From Craspedostauros australis (taxonomy: Eukaryota), in contig JALAGF010001367.1 in the NCBI GenBank assembly GCA_030167865.1, forward strand, positions 1 to 34,887: DNA of 34,887 nt, in the 5' to 3' direction. Shown here in pieces: positions 1 through 11,673 of the stretch. The translations under genes were made by a program, and so were the position numbers. Within the stretch, counting starts at the first letter, position 1, and the number at the start of each line of letters is the position of its first letter. The notes under the pieces are model-generated. The model made no database searches. It had not been told where the DNA came from and worked only from the letters and a program-made list of their open reading frames with translations.

Positions 1-1603
1 AACTCAGAGCACACCCATTAATGATCCTATCAACCTTTGGTCTCAACAAGTGATGCGATAACATGCAACGAAGCATTCAGATCAAAACAGTCTAAACTAG
101 AACAGTATTCTACAGAAGAGAAGCCGATCCAGTCATGTTGGTCGTCTTTCCGTGTTGGTCACGAACGAGTCACGAGTACCAATGTGAAATCCGAACGTGA
201 GTGCCACATGTGACATGAACACAGGGGTGTGAATGTGAAATGCGATAGGCCTCTATTGTTTCATTCTTCCGAAAGCCAATGTTGAATGCGGTCAGACATA
301 ACTATTGATGTCCAATATTGTTCAATTGTCCGATTGTGTGTCCGATTATATGGTACCATGTATTTCGGAAAGTACTGTTTACGGATAAGTACTTATTGAT
401 TGGTATCTATTAGTGTATAACGAGTCACGTAAGAATATTGTCTTTCGATTGATCCGACGCCGTACGGTCTGAAACGATGACTTTCAATATATTGAAGCTC
501 AACCAACGATGAGAGCACAACTGCCGTCTTGGAATCGTCCGAACACCAACATGTCATTTTGCGTAGCCGGCGAAACAATCATTCAATGGCCTAATTGTGC
601 GTGTGTTGTGCGTTGATGTCGGAGATGTTCGGTGTGATTCAAGAGCGGATACGGAGAATGTTGTTTTCGTGTTGTGGAGTTTCGGTGCAAGCGCGCCCGA
701 TCCTGTGCGTGTTGCTGTTCAGGATTTTCCCTGGCGAACTTCTTGAAACGTGTTGGGTTTGATGGTGCTTTTTTGTTTGTTTGCGTTTGCGTTGGTGCCG
801 AGAAAGATGATGTTCTGTTGTCATGACAACCTTCTTGCTACCGATCCATCTCCACAGCCACACTCTCTGGAGGGAGGGAGCGAGTGAGGGAGATAGAGAT
901 AGAGTACGACCTTCTCGTATTCCCAATGTCAGCCGAGTACACGTATGGATAGCGAGTGTGGATGTGGCAATTCCGAAATGCATTCGAGGATAGCTGCTGG
1001 ATACGAAGTCGATCATCGAGTGCAGTGACCAGTGAAGTTGTCCTGCCAAATACTGTAGAATAGAATAGTTGTCCACAGCGCTGGGCATACCATTCAATTC
1101 GTCGCCACTGTCTCTTTGGGTGGACGGTTGGTGTGCAGCTTCGCCGAGTGATTTCATCTGACGAATGACCTTTGTTGCAGCAGTGACATGAGCATCGTCA
1201 TGAGTACGAGCGACCAACGCCGCGACTGATCTGGAGGCGAACGGCCGCAGTTTGGTATGTAGATACGGGTGCCAACCGCGTTCTGTATGCTGCTCGGTGC
1301 GTGGTGCGATCTCCCGCCAAGGAACTGATACAGAGGCTACTCTCTTGCAATTCAACCAAGCACAGAAATGAACGTTGGTGCAATGCACGGTCAGATCCGC
1401 GTCTCTATTCTAGTTTGCAGTCGAACACAATGGTCTACTCTAGAGATTATAGCAGAGTTGAGTGTGGTATGGTGGATCTCTTGTTGTGTTCTGGTACATG
1501 CTGTTATATGTTGGTAAGTTTATTGTAGGTTGAGCAATCGTCTGTTGCCGATATCGTTATTTCCCTGCCATCGTCGTTGTTGCGATCCCATCTGTTACAG
1601 TTG

Positions 1604-2146
1604 TTACCGGGCAGTGCGGTGGTCGAGACGTCCGGTTCTGTATGCGGATGCCTGCGCCTGTCGCGAGACGAGGGTGTACTGGTGCGAGATGGAGTCAGCG
1701 TCCACTCCAGTTCCCTCCTTCCACTGACGGTGCTGCTCATCCAGCACGACCTGGCGAGCGTAATCGATGACGGCCTGGCGTTTGGTGCCGTTCTGCATCG
1801 TCCTGTGTTCCAGCCCGCGCTTGCACTCGTTGTCGCTGAGTGGCTTGTTGTGGTTGAGGCTGTGCAGCGTCTCTCTGGCTTCGCAACGGATGGCATCAGT
1901 CTCCCTGGATGTGTACCAGGTGGCCTCGATCTCCTCCCTGCTGTAGTCGGTGCGGCGGAGAGTGCGCTTGGCCCTCGTCATTGGGGCGAATGTGACCTGG
2001 CGCTTGGCTGGTTCGATGCAGCGATCGAGTGACTGTCTGACGACGTGCTTGGAGCTGTCGTTGACAGTGAATGTAGACGAGTCGTCGCCGCTGTGCTGCA
2101 GCTGGTTGTTGTCTGCGAAGTTGTACATGCTTGATCGTGGTGCCAT
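1604..2146 (-). CDS. Uncharacterised diatom-type protein (180 aa; K/RxVTF...W...RGLE...VLDEQ family)
   Basis: Single-exon ORF with coding-like composition. It aligns over about 130 aa with the 14639-15379 ORF (QVTFAPMTRAKRTLRRTDYSREE..W..RGLEHRT vs CVTFAPRTRARRTIRRCDYTDEE..W..RGLECRT). Confidence 0.8.
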   Translation of the reverse strand: MAPRSSMYNFADNNQLQHSGDDSSTFTVNDSSKHVVRQSLDRCIEPAKRQVTFAPMTRAKRTLRRTDYSREEIEATWYTSRETDAIRCEARETLHSLNHNKPLSDNECKRGLEHRTMQNGTKRQAVIDYARQVVLDEQHRQWKEGTGVDADSISHQYTLVSRQAQASAYRTGRLDHRTAR

Positions 2147-3269
2147 CTTGAATAGTTGCTGTTGATCTTGTTGTTGGTTGGCTGGTTGGCTTTGTATTTG
2201 CTCTGGAAGTTGATTTTATGAGTTGGGTGAGGCCACCCATCAGATGTGATCACAGAAACACCCAGTCGTTGTGATCGTTCTCTCCTGTGTCGCGCTCCAT
2301 CTCATCGCCATCCAGAGAGTCGTGTTGGTGCTCCACCTTTCATCCGCTTTCACCAGCCATGTTCCTTGGTTGGCGTTGTGGGCGCACAAATCATCAGTCA
2401 GCACCGGGATTGGTTGACTTTTGGGCGGACTATTTGTCTCCGTTTGGCCTTTTGCTGGCACTTGTTGCATGTCCAATGCGGAGCTCCTACAAGTCGCACA
2501 CTGGTTGTCTGATCGTGCGTGGTCAGGCGTGAATGGCTGCCTGGGATGAAAATAGTTGCCGTGCTCTCTGCACTATTCGCCGTGTTCATGACCTCGGCGA
2601 GGGACGTATTGTTCCTTTTTGGTGTCTTCCGCCATCATTTGGGGCTGTGGTGGCGGCCTCGAACACAGATCTCAACCTTGTGTAAATTATCAATCCAATC
2701 CAATAGGTGTTATTTGTGAAACATGAATACTAGGCTTATCACTACACTTATGGCGTGGGGCAGGAATGTTGCCATTTTGAAGTGCCAGCGAGCAACAATA
2801 TTGGTACCTTTCCATACAGAAGAACATCCGTCTGTTCTGTGAAGAAGGCAACTGAGGATTTTATTGTTCACAAACTTAGCCGAGGAAGTATAATTCATGC
2901 CCGACACATATGATGCATCGGAGAAACATCGGCGAAGTCCGCTCACGTATTTGCAAACAACAGCCATCCACAACTTTTTCAGGCATTTGGTTTCCTTCCA
3001 GCCTCACATTTTGGTTCAATTTCGCGCAGATGTGGACACGAAACGCGATAGCGTCACAACTTGACTTTCTCTCACAAGCACCAAGGAATGCGCTTTGCGT
3101 GTCCACCCAGGTGCCCGAACGAAAGCAGAGTAGGAGATCGTAGAGTAAAACAATCGTAATCGGCATCCAAATCGAATGTATAGTACGTGTATGGATGTCG
3201 CTACCGTCATTACTGTCACAATCGCGACCGTGCTCTATGTGACTTTGTTGCCACTGCTCGGTTACTGTC

Positions 3270-3332
3270 ACTGTGGTTGTTGCTACCGCTGTTGTTGTTG
3301 TTGTTGCTGTTATTGCTGTTGGTGTTGGTGGC
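3270..3332. repeat. Imperfect (TGT/TGC/TGG)n trinucleotide microsatellite
   Basis: Seen directly: ctgtggttgttgctaccgctgttgttgttgttgttgctgttattgctgttggtgttggtgg. Confidence 0.8.
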
Positions 3333-4499
3333 ACTGTGACCAATTCTATTCCTTTCTTGTTCCGTCTCTACTTGGATACGAATTATACGAGTATGGAGTG
3401 AGATGACGACATGCCCGTACTCGTACGTAAGTCGAAATGAGATCGCATTCGTTTGAGACTTCAACGGCGGAATACCTTTACGTCCACGTAGGTTGGACAA
3501 CTGCTACCGACATAGAGTGTGCGCATGGATAGTAGTGGCGTTGGCTTGTATGTGAATATCATTGGGACAATTCGATGAGCGTCATCGGATGTCGTTGAGA
3601 GCTTTTGTTCATCCACAGACGCAATCAAGAGCGACGATGCATATCTCGACGACGACGACGACAATCTTGAAACGCATTGCGTCCAATGCCCAAATCGCCC
3701 ATGGTCTCTTCGCAGGTACCGCGCAGATCCGCGTTCATACCACTCGCAACCTTTTGGTTTATTTCGGCTTGTCGTTGCCTCCGATCTGGCATCTAAAAGT
3801 AGCCGCGCAGTTTCTCTGTGTGATGATGATGGCTGTGGTGACAACAACAGCGGCAACAATGAACAGCCCAACTGGCAGCAATGATAAAGATGGTCGAAGC
3901 CGTGGATAGTTCGAAATGCTCCAGAGTTGTCACCCCTGCTCCGCTCTGGTCTGCCCTACTCTACTCGATGCACATCTTCTTGCGCTGTACGCGTATGGCC
4001 GTACGCACCAATCCAATGGAAGGCGAAATTGGACTCTTCCTAAAAAGGACGCCGTTCTTCCGATTCTGTCCCCTTCTTCTCATCCCAAAGAAGTGGCCGA
4101 GTGTGCGTGTGGTGTCGACTTCAGACAAGTTCGCCTTTGTCTTGTTGGTTCCAGTGCAGATAGAAATCCGTCCATGCGTCGGTGACAAATCTCTAAGATT
4201 CGTACGTGATAGGCTCTTGTGGAGACGTTGGGGAAGCAGCAACTTCCACAAATACTGTCTCCGCCCCAATGACACGCTGACCACAATCACAGCGGCAGGC
4301 AACTATTGCAATACAACAAAGATGCTGTTGCATCCACCCAGCCTCCTCTCCGCCAGCGGATGGGGTATGGCATGCGAACACTCTAGAGAGAATGTTTGCT
4401 GTGTTAGGAATCCAACTGCTGATACGTGATATAGGATTATATTCCTTTTTTGCTCCAGTGTTGCTCAACTGTTGGCTGAGCGTTACTCAAATGTTCCTA

Positions 4500-7400
4500 C
4501 TACTTCCGTCTGCGCTTGCTAGATTTCGCATCAGCGTTGTCCTTGTACGAATCCCTGCCGCGTTGCTTTTTGCTGCTCTTCTTGTCGGCATTCGCAACCT
4601 CCTCGCCTCCAGGAACATCTGTCGCACTAGCTGACAACGTGAACAGCGCCGGTGCCACCAGATCGATCTTCAGGTCCTTCTGGCCGTCTTGGATTTCTTT
4701 GGCGTAGATCCTGACTCTGACCTTATCAAAAACCTGGATGGACTCTTCCTTGCCATCTCGCCGGATTGCTATTGTGTGCCTTTCGTCATCCTTCGTGTAG
4801 GAGATATCTGGGTGGGTGTCGCCATCGGCACTGCGAGCAGTTGGAAGCTGGGTGCGTCCTTCAATGCCGTACCGCGGGATTATGATGCTCATTGTCGGCG
4901 AATCATGCACATCTCCCATGTCGATGTCCAGCACGTAGGCGTCCTCAACCTTGGCGCCGTCATCGCCCGAGAAGAAGATGAGAGTGTGAAGCTGAACACT
5001 GGAGCGCCCGGCCAGCTGTGCGGATCGATGGCGGCGGTTCATGTTTTCGCAAAGATCGTGCATGTAAGACTTGGACGATAGATGGGCTGGCAACGGCGCG
5101 ACGTTGATCGCAGCCGCAAGCAGGCGATGGACACAGACATCCGCATACCTGGCGATGCCCGTGAGTTCAGTTTGGCAGAATGGATCAAGATTTTGAATGT
5201 GTACGGCATGGTAGTTTAGGGATTGGTGGTGAGAGGTGAGCGTACATACCATGCAATTGCAGGATAGATGTGGACGTGGGTGCGGATACAGATGGCAAGG
5301 TTAGACGTGATGCAGCACGTGGAACAACATCGTGTCATGACTTGCGGTGTATGTATAATTCGCAAACAAAGAGTGCATGACTTACCTGCGGATAGGGGAT
5401 GTGAAGTGAGTGTACACAGGCGCCGCAAGGCCGTAATGATGCCAATCCGTGGCGCGGTACTCTCCCGAGCAAAAGTACTGCGCCGGCGACATGCACCGAG
5501 TTGACAAGATCCGGAGGAGCTTGTTGAAGTACGGTTCAGACTCGATCACCGCGTCGTCCAGTGAGTCGGCGAGCTGCTTTGAATCTTCGATCTTGATCTC
5601 GAATCCGCGGGAACGTGCCTTGCTGATCAAGGTTTGGAACATCGCTCTGTTCGGCGACGGGTGGCGTCGCAGGACCGATAGAGTCGGGTACGATCGTAAA
5701 ATCTTCTTTGCCACCGTCACGTTGGCGAGCAGCATGAATTCCTCCACCAGCGCGTTGGCCTCGAGCAGCTGGTACGATTGCACGTCGGTCGGGTTGAGGG
5801 ATTCGCTGTCCAGCACAAACTTGACCTCCGGCGATGCCAACGTCAGCGCACCGGCGTCGATCCTTCGTTTGCGAAACTGCCTCGCCAGTTTGGCCAGGCG
5901 CTTGACAGATGATTCCTTCAGACCGTCATCCTTCTCTGGCTGATCGATCATGCTCTGCGCTTGCTGATACGTCAGCGCCGCAACAGAATGGATGATGGAT
6001 TTCTTGAATTCCACATCGACGATCTGCGCATCTGGTGTCACCTCCCATATCACGGAAAAGGCGTATCTGCGGTGGACGATGATGCAAATGGCATGTACAG
6101 ATACATACGTGCGTTGGAGGTAGAAGCGCATGTTACCAGAGGAATAAAGGAATAGTTAAAGTGAATGGATAGAACGGCGCCACGGCGTGGTGTGAGTTGG
6201 GTTATTGAAGGCAAAAAGGATCTTGAGATGCAATAAAGCACGCTGCAGTAGCATACTATGGAACAGAGTAGAACCCACAGTAGAACAAAGCTGCATCCAC
6301 GCAATGCTCATATGAACCTACAAACGAAACAGGACGACGCATGATTCCAGGACACCTGCGATGTAGCATAGGACACGACGAGGCACCATCACTCACCTGT
6401 CGACGTTGCCCTTCAAACTGCACAAGTCGGTCGTCAGAAGGGCCGGCAGCATATCCAAACGCCGATTGACCAGGTACGTCGACGTCGATCTGCTGGCCGC
6501 CTCCAGATCGATGGCCGTGCCCGGCTTGACGTAATGCGTGACGTCGGCAATGTGCACGCCCAGCGAGTAGTTGCCATTGTCGAGCTGCGTGCAGTGCAGG
6601 GCGTCGTCAATATCCTTGCAGCCCGGCGGGTCGATGGACATGACGGGGATGTGACGCAGGTCCGTGCGATCCGGCGTGGGCACGAACTTGAAATCGGCTG
6701 GTGGCAGGCATGCCAGGACGGCCGCCGAGAATGGTTCGTGGGGGATGGCATGCTGCAGCAGCAGCACCTGCGTCTCGACGTCCTTGGATCCGATGGGGCC
6801 CAGCAGCTTGGTGTAATGGCCCAGCGGGTAGTGCGAGTCGGCGGGCCACGAGTCGATCGTGACGAGGATGCGTTGGCCGACGAGACGCTGCTTCTGGGAT
6901 GTGCGGATGAGGATGGTCGGTATCTTCTTGTCGACGGGGAAGAAGACGCAGGTCGTGGTACCGTCGGGATGCTGGCGTTCGTGCGTCTCTACGATCTTGC
7001 GACGTTCGGGTGAGATCTTGCCATTCTTTTCGCTGCCGCTGCAGATGGAGCCGCAGTAGCTGCCGAAGTTGCGCCGCATGATGCCCGCGATCTTTCCCGT
7101 GGGACACATGGCCTTGCCGTCCTGCGATGTCTGCGCGACATCCGAGACGTTGGAAAGCTCGGCCTGGGTGGGCTCGGCCGTGTCGGGCGCGATGCCAGCC
7201 TGCAAGGGAGCTTTTGTGGATGATGCACTATTCGATTTGGCTTTGGACTTGGCCGTTGGCGACGACAGCCACTGATCGGGCGAGTGCAGCGCCACGGCCA
7301 CCACATCACCATCGAGGGCGCGGTTGCGATCCATTCTGCCCCGGATGGAGACCACGACGCGCTCGTCGCCCTTGCGGATGGTGATGCGGCCGTTGGTGTC

Positions 7401-8270
7401 GTCGAGCGAACGAAAGACGGCGCGGTACAGCGTGCCCGATTTGACACCGTCCGAAATGTCGGAAGCAGGCAGGTGGCGGGGAAAGCAGTTCTTGCGCGCC
7501 TCGCCGGTGCTGCCCACCTGCGCTTCGAAGTTGGCGACGGTATCGAGCAACGACAGATCGGGGTGGTGCTTCTCGAGCTCTTGCGCCCAGCTGCGCACGC
7601 TCCTGGCCTCGTACAGGGCCCCGTCGGCCTTCTCCCGGCTTCCTTTGTCGTCCGTCAGGAGGATGACGCGCACGTCGCTGCCGGTGAGGTTTTCCGCAAA
7701 CAACGCGGCCACATGACGAATGCGGGCATCGTTCTCGTCGTTGATGCTGGTCCTATCGGCCTCGGCAACGTGCGCCGTTTCCACATGATGCTGATCGGCG
7801 AGGAAGACGCAGAAGCGAGGGTTGTTCTCCACCTCCCGCATCATCCTCGCCACGCGCTCGTAGGCCGCGCTGCTGTTGGATCGCAGCTCGAGCAGGGCGG
7901 TCTGCACGAAGACCACGTTGGGCATGACCGTGTCCGTCATCTCCAGCAGATCGAGGTTGTGGATGAGGACGTTGGTGTCGCAGACCACGAGAGCGTTGGG
8001 CTTGCAGGGACGCAGCATGGACAGCAGGTGCGGCGCATCGCGGATCAGCCGCGGCCTGCCGATCCTGGCCTCCTTCACGCGCAGGTTCTCGTCGTTGCTC
8101 GATTCGTAGTAGTACCCCAGGCCCAGATCGTCGCGCAGGTATCTCTCGGATACGTTCTTCAGGATCTTTCCCTTCTTCCGCGTTTGGCGGTAGAAGAATG
8201 GCCGTTCGTACAGCGATGGGGCCTTGGAGATCCCATGGTCCATCTCCGTGCTGCTGTGTTCGACGTCCAT
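4500..8270 (-). CDS. DIS3: Exosome catalytic subunit DIS3/RRP44 (PIN endonuclease + RNB exonuclease), 3 exons: 8270-6397, 6066-5386, 5148-4500 (about 1067 aa)
   Basis: PIN motifs (VVCDTNVLI, NDENDARIR, ILLTDD), RNB catalytic motif SIDPPGCKDIDDALH, VHIADV, LVEEFMLLAN, HYGLAAPVYTHFTSPIRR|YAD. Phase-2 GT-AG introns 6396-6067 (GTGAGT) and 5385-5149 (GTAAGT) join the three ORFs in frame (3204 nt). Confidence 0.96.
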
Positions 8271-8314
8271 CGTGCAGTGGCGTACAGTGGCGTACAGTGG
8301 CGTTCAGTGGCGTG
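8271..8314. repeat. 10-bp tandem repeat (CAGTGGCGTN) about x4 immediately upstream of the DIS3 ATG
   Basis: cgtgcagtgg cgtacagtgg cgtacagtgg cgttcagtgg cgtg. Confidence 0.85.
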
Positions 8315-8869
8315 TGTGTATGTGCTTTGGGCTTCCCAGAGTGTCGCTGATGGTGACGATGGTGATGATGATGCGGATGCAGATGGGATTTTGATGCCAC
8401 AGAAGCAACCGAATTGGCGCCAACTTGGACCGTTTCGTGAGTGGCTGAGGAGACGAACTTGGTGTCTCGTGTTGTTTCTGCTTGACGAAGAAGCACGACC
8501 ACCATATCCTACAATCAAAGTTGAGTGTCGACTCGCACGACCAAACATGTTGATGCCAAAACTGCAACGCGGAGACGTGGAGAAGTCTCCACGATGATCC
8601 GACAAAAGAGATCTTGTTTGGAGGAAAGACCTCAACAGCGAAGCGAGAAAGCAAATGGCGCCAACAACAACAGCAACACAGCAACCAACAGGAACTGCAA
8701 GAACAGAACACAAATCATCGCCTCGTTGAAGATACCCACCTCGGTCCGCCAATCCATCACATCGCACCATACCATACAGACACCAGTTCGACCTTGATCC
8801 AATCTCGCAGATCCACTCACACATCAACGACAACAACGACAACAGAAAGACTGCTCTGCACATCACATC

Positions 8870-9924
8870 ATGAAATCCTTCACGTTACCCTCCCTTGTCA
8901 AGTTCCTCCTCGTCGCCTTGGTCGTGGCAAGTCCCGCCAAGATGGTGGCAGGCAGCGGCGAAGACGATGGCGGCTTCTTTTCATTCTTCAAGGAAAAGTA
9001 CGACGGTCTGCCGGAGTCTGGCAAGTTCGCCACGGGCGCTGCCATTGGCTTTGGCGGATCCAGGGTCGCCGTCAATTCGGCCGTCGGCGTCGTCAAGTTC
9101 GCGGGGGCGGCTTTCGTCGCGTGAGTTCTGCTTGTGAATTGGTCTGCTTTGCTTTGCTGATTCATTGCGGGGTACTCTATCAATTATTCTCCACGTTGCT
9201 TCTCCTATTTCCACGTTCCATTCCATTCCATTCCATTCCGTTGTATTGCTTGGTCAGGTGATGGCCAGGCAGTCGCTGGCGATTGGGGGCAGAGAGATCT
9301 TGTGTTGATACCATGGCATGCCGCGACGTCCGTCTCGTCAACACAACCTCAAGCTGCAAAGCTTTGTAGAATATGATGAATGTAAACACTACTATACTGT
9401 GCTCGAATATGCAATGCGCACACTCCAACTCACCCATACTCGTGCGTGCTCTGTGCTTCTCTCTCATTTCTTTCCATCCATTTCTGTCCATCCCTGGAAT
9501 ATCACATTTCGTGTTCTTCCAAATGTGCGCATCGGACTGGCTAAATCCCACCGCTCAACGCAACCCGACGCAACGCAACATAACATAACCACGTGGAACT
9601 ATCTCACGGCTGGGGACAACTCATCACGAATCAATTTCAATAACCACAACCACGATAATACTGATGACGACAACGATAACGATGGCTATGAACAGTTCGG
9701 AGGTGCTGAATGCCGCAGGTCTCCTCGACGATATCCCATCATTTTCGGACGAGCAGGTACAGCTTGCCGAGAGTATGAAGCGAAGAGCCTTGAAGACCGC
9801 GCAAGGCTTCCGACAGAAGGTGCGAGACTCCGTCAACCCAGCCAAGGTCCAGAGCTTCCTGGAGACGGACAAGATGGCGGCTATGGGACTTGCGGCTGGG
9901 GCGTTTGTTGGTTTCGTGGTGTAA
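8870..9924 (+). CDS. FUN14-like membrane protein with N-terminal signal-peptide-like segment, 2 exons: 8870-9120, 9696-9924 (159 aa)
   Basis: Donor GTGAGT at 9121 and acceptor AACAG at 9691-9695 join MKSF...AAFVA to SEVLNAAG...GAFVGFVV* in frame (480 nt). Gly-rich hydrophobic segments (GAAIGFGG, AGAAFVA, C-terminal GLAAGAFVGF) resemble FUN14. The family call is from recalled pattern only. Confidence 0.72.
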
Positions 9925-10010
9925 CGTAGGTGAATCTTCGCACCAAATACAGGCGACAAGACCATGTACCAGCCCATCGCCCACTATCCGTAACCATATC
10001 AACCTCTGCC

Positions 10011-10125
10011 AGAGAGAGAGAGAGAGCCCTCTACAATACTCTAGAGAGTATCAATATTCGTACTCCACCTCACTCTCTCTCTCTCTCTCTCTACATATAT
10101 ATATATATGCATCTATAGAGAGAGG
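10011..10125. repeat. (AG)n, (CT)n and (AT)n microsatellite cluster between convergent gene 3' ends
   Basis: Seen directly at about 10011-10025, 10073-10092 and 10096-10108. Confidence 0.85.
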
Positions 10126-10637
10126 GAAACAGGCAGAATGGCCCATGTGTGTGCGATCAGAGCCCAGAATTGCGATTCAGGGATTCAATAGTGTGACACT
10201 GTTCACTCTCTGAGCGTTTGAAAGAGACTTCCATTGTCGTACTATACCTGCTGTACCTGCCATTATTTTGCACGCTGCGTCAATCTGCTTTCCGCACCAA
10301 ATATCTTGCGGCACAAGAACATGCCGTCCACGCAGAGACACCACACGAGATGCACAATCACAGGCACGCTGATGCCGTTCTCTTGTTCCCATCAGCGATG
10401 CCCTCCGTGGGGGAGAGAGAGGTCGGGCAAGATTCCAAGGGCAACGTGTCATAACCCACACATTCCCCGTTGATACGTAACTTCATGCCATTCCTGATCC
10501 AGTGAGGATGCTTGTATGGTACGACTACAGATACTACGAATGTCATGAAGGGTATCATATAATATAATAGTATGCAGCGAACGTTCGTCCATCAAGTGTT
10601 AGTGGCGATTACTTCGTTTTCTTAGAGTACCTTTTGT

Positions 10638-11673
10638 TTACTGGAAGTAGAACTGCACCTGCTTGTTCGTGAGCTTGCCGTAAACAGAGGAGAAAGTGTC
10701 AGTTCGTCCCTCAACATTGGCCTGGTCCTTGGAGTCAAGGTAGACCTTGAGGATGCGCTTTCCGTCAACCTTAACGCGTGTTCTCTTGCCGACAATCTCA
10801 GTTGGGTAGACGATGTCGTCCAAGATGGAGTCATGGACAGCGGTGAGGGTGCGCGATCGTGGGAGGAGTCCGGTGGTCTTCTGGTTTCTGGAGTAGGACT
10901 TTCCGAGGATTGTGCGCTGTGCGATGATCAGGACGTGACGTCCGGAGAACTTCTTCTCCAGTTCTCTCACAAGCTTTGGGTGGACCTTGTTGAAGGCCTT
11001 CAGCAGTTTGAAAGGAACATATAGAACAATGGCCTTGTTGCCACCTCCGCAGTCAACCTCCTTGGCAGCTGTGATGTACATATCACGGAGAGCAGCCTTC
11101 AACTCGGTGGATGTCATCTCCAAGTTGAGGAGCTCCTGTGCGACGGAGGCCTCGAACTCATCGGGCTCCTGCGGAAACCATGCGTGTTGTGTCGTGTCAT
11201 GTCATGATGCGGTGTGACGCGTGGCGTCCAGATCAAGGCCGAAGAAGTCAAGTAGCAAGGCAGAAAGCGTTTTGGTTTGGTCAGTCAGCATGTGTGTTTC
11301 ATTCGTCTTGAAGCAATCCTCTCTTGTTTTTGCTGAACACTCAAGGTCAGGATCGCAGGCTCCCTTGTGAAAAGCACGTCTCCGAGTGGAAAAATCAACT
11401 TCAACAGTTCATCTCTTGCGGGGCTGCGATTCCTTCGTGGTCTTTCGCACGGCGTTGTCGGTAGATCGGCGCCGATGTCAGTGGTGGCGGCAGTGGTGAT
11501 GCCATGGCGACACGGCACATCGTCTGGCGCCGATCTGCTTCCAACAAGAGCTCCGGACCATCCCAGAGACTCAAAACCTCCATCTTCCCGTCACTTCGCT
11601 TCGCGCTCCGCATGCTCCTGTCACCATCTTGATGACTTACTCCACTGCTCTTGCGGATCTTCTGAAGGCTCAT
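10638..11673 (-). CDS. RPS7: 40S ribosomal protein S7 (eS7), 2 exons: 11673-11641, 11168-10638 (187 aa)
   Basis: LVRELEKKFSGRHV, PRSRTLTAVHDSILDDIVYPTEIVGKRTRV. Exon 1 MSLQKIRKSSG|GTAAGT and acceptor CAG|GAGCCCGATGAG (EPDEFE) flank a 472-bp phase-0 intron. Confidence 0.97.

Noticed and set aside
639-1388. 249-aa minus-strand ORF
   Set aside because: Non-ATG start, runs through low-complexity sequence and has no recognisable domain. It may hide small exons but cannot be supported.
2700-4470. Several 100-180 aa ORFs on both strands
   Set aside because: No consistent frame, splice pattern or motif. Some are produced by trinucleotide repeats.
7284-8597. 437-aa plus-strand ORF and other ORFs overlapping DIS3
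   Set aside because: Antisense or alternate-frame shadows of a GC3-rich coding sequence, with no recognisable motifs.
9370-9385. Box C-like ATGATGA in the FUN14-like intron
   Set aside because: No box D CTGA at a plausible distance downstream.
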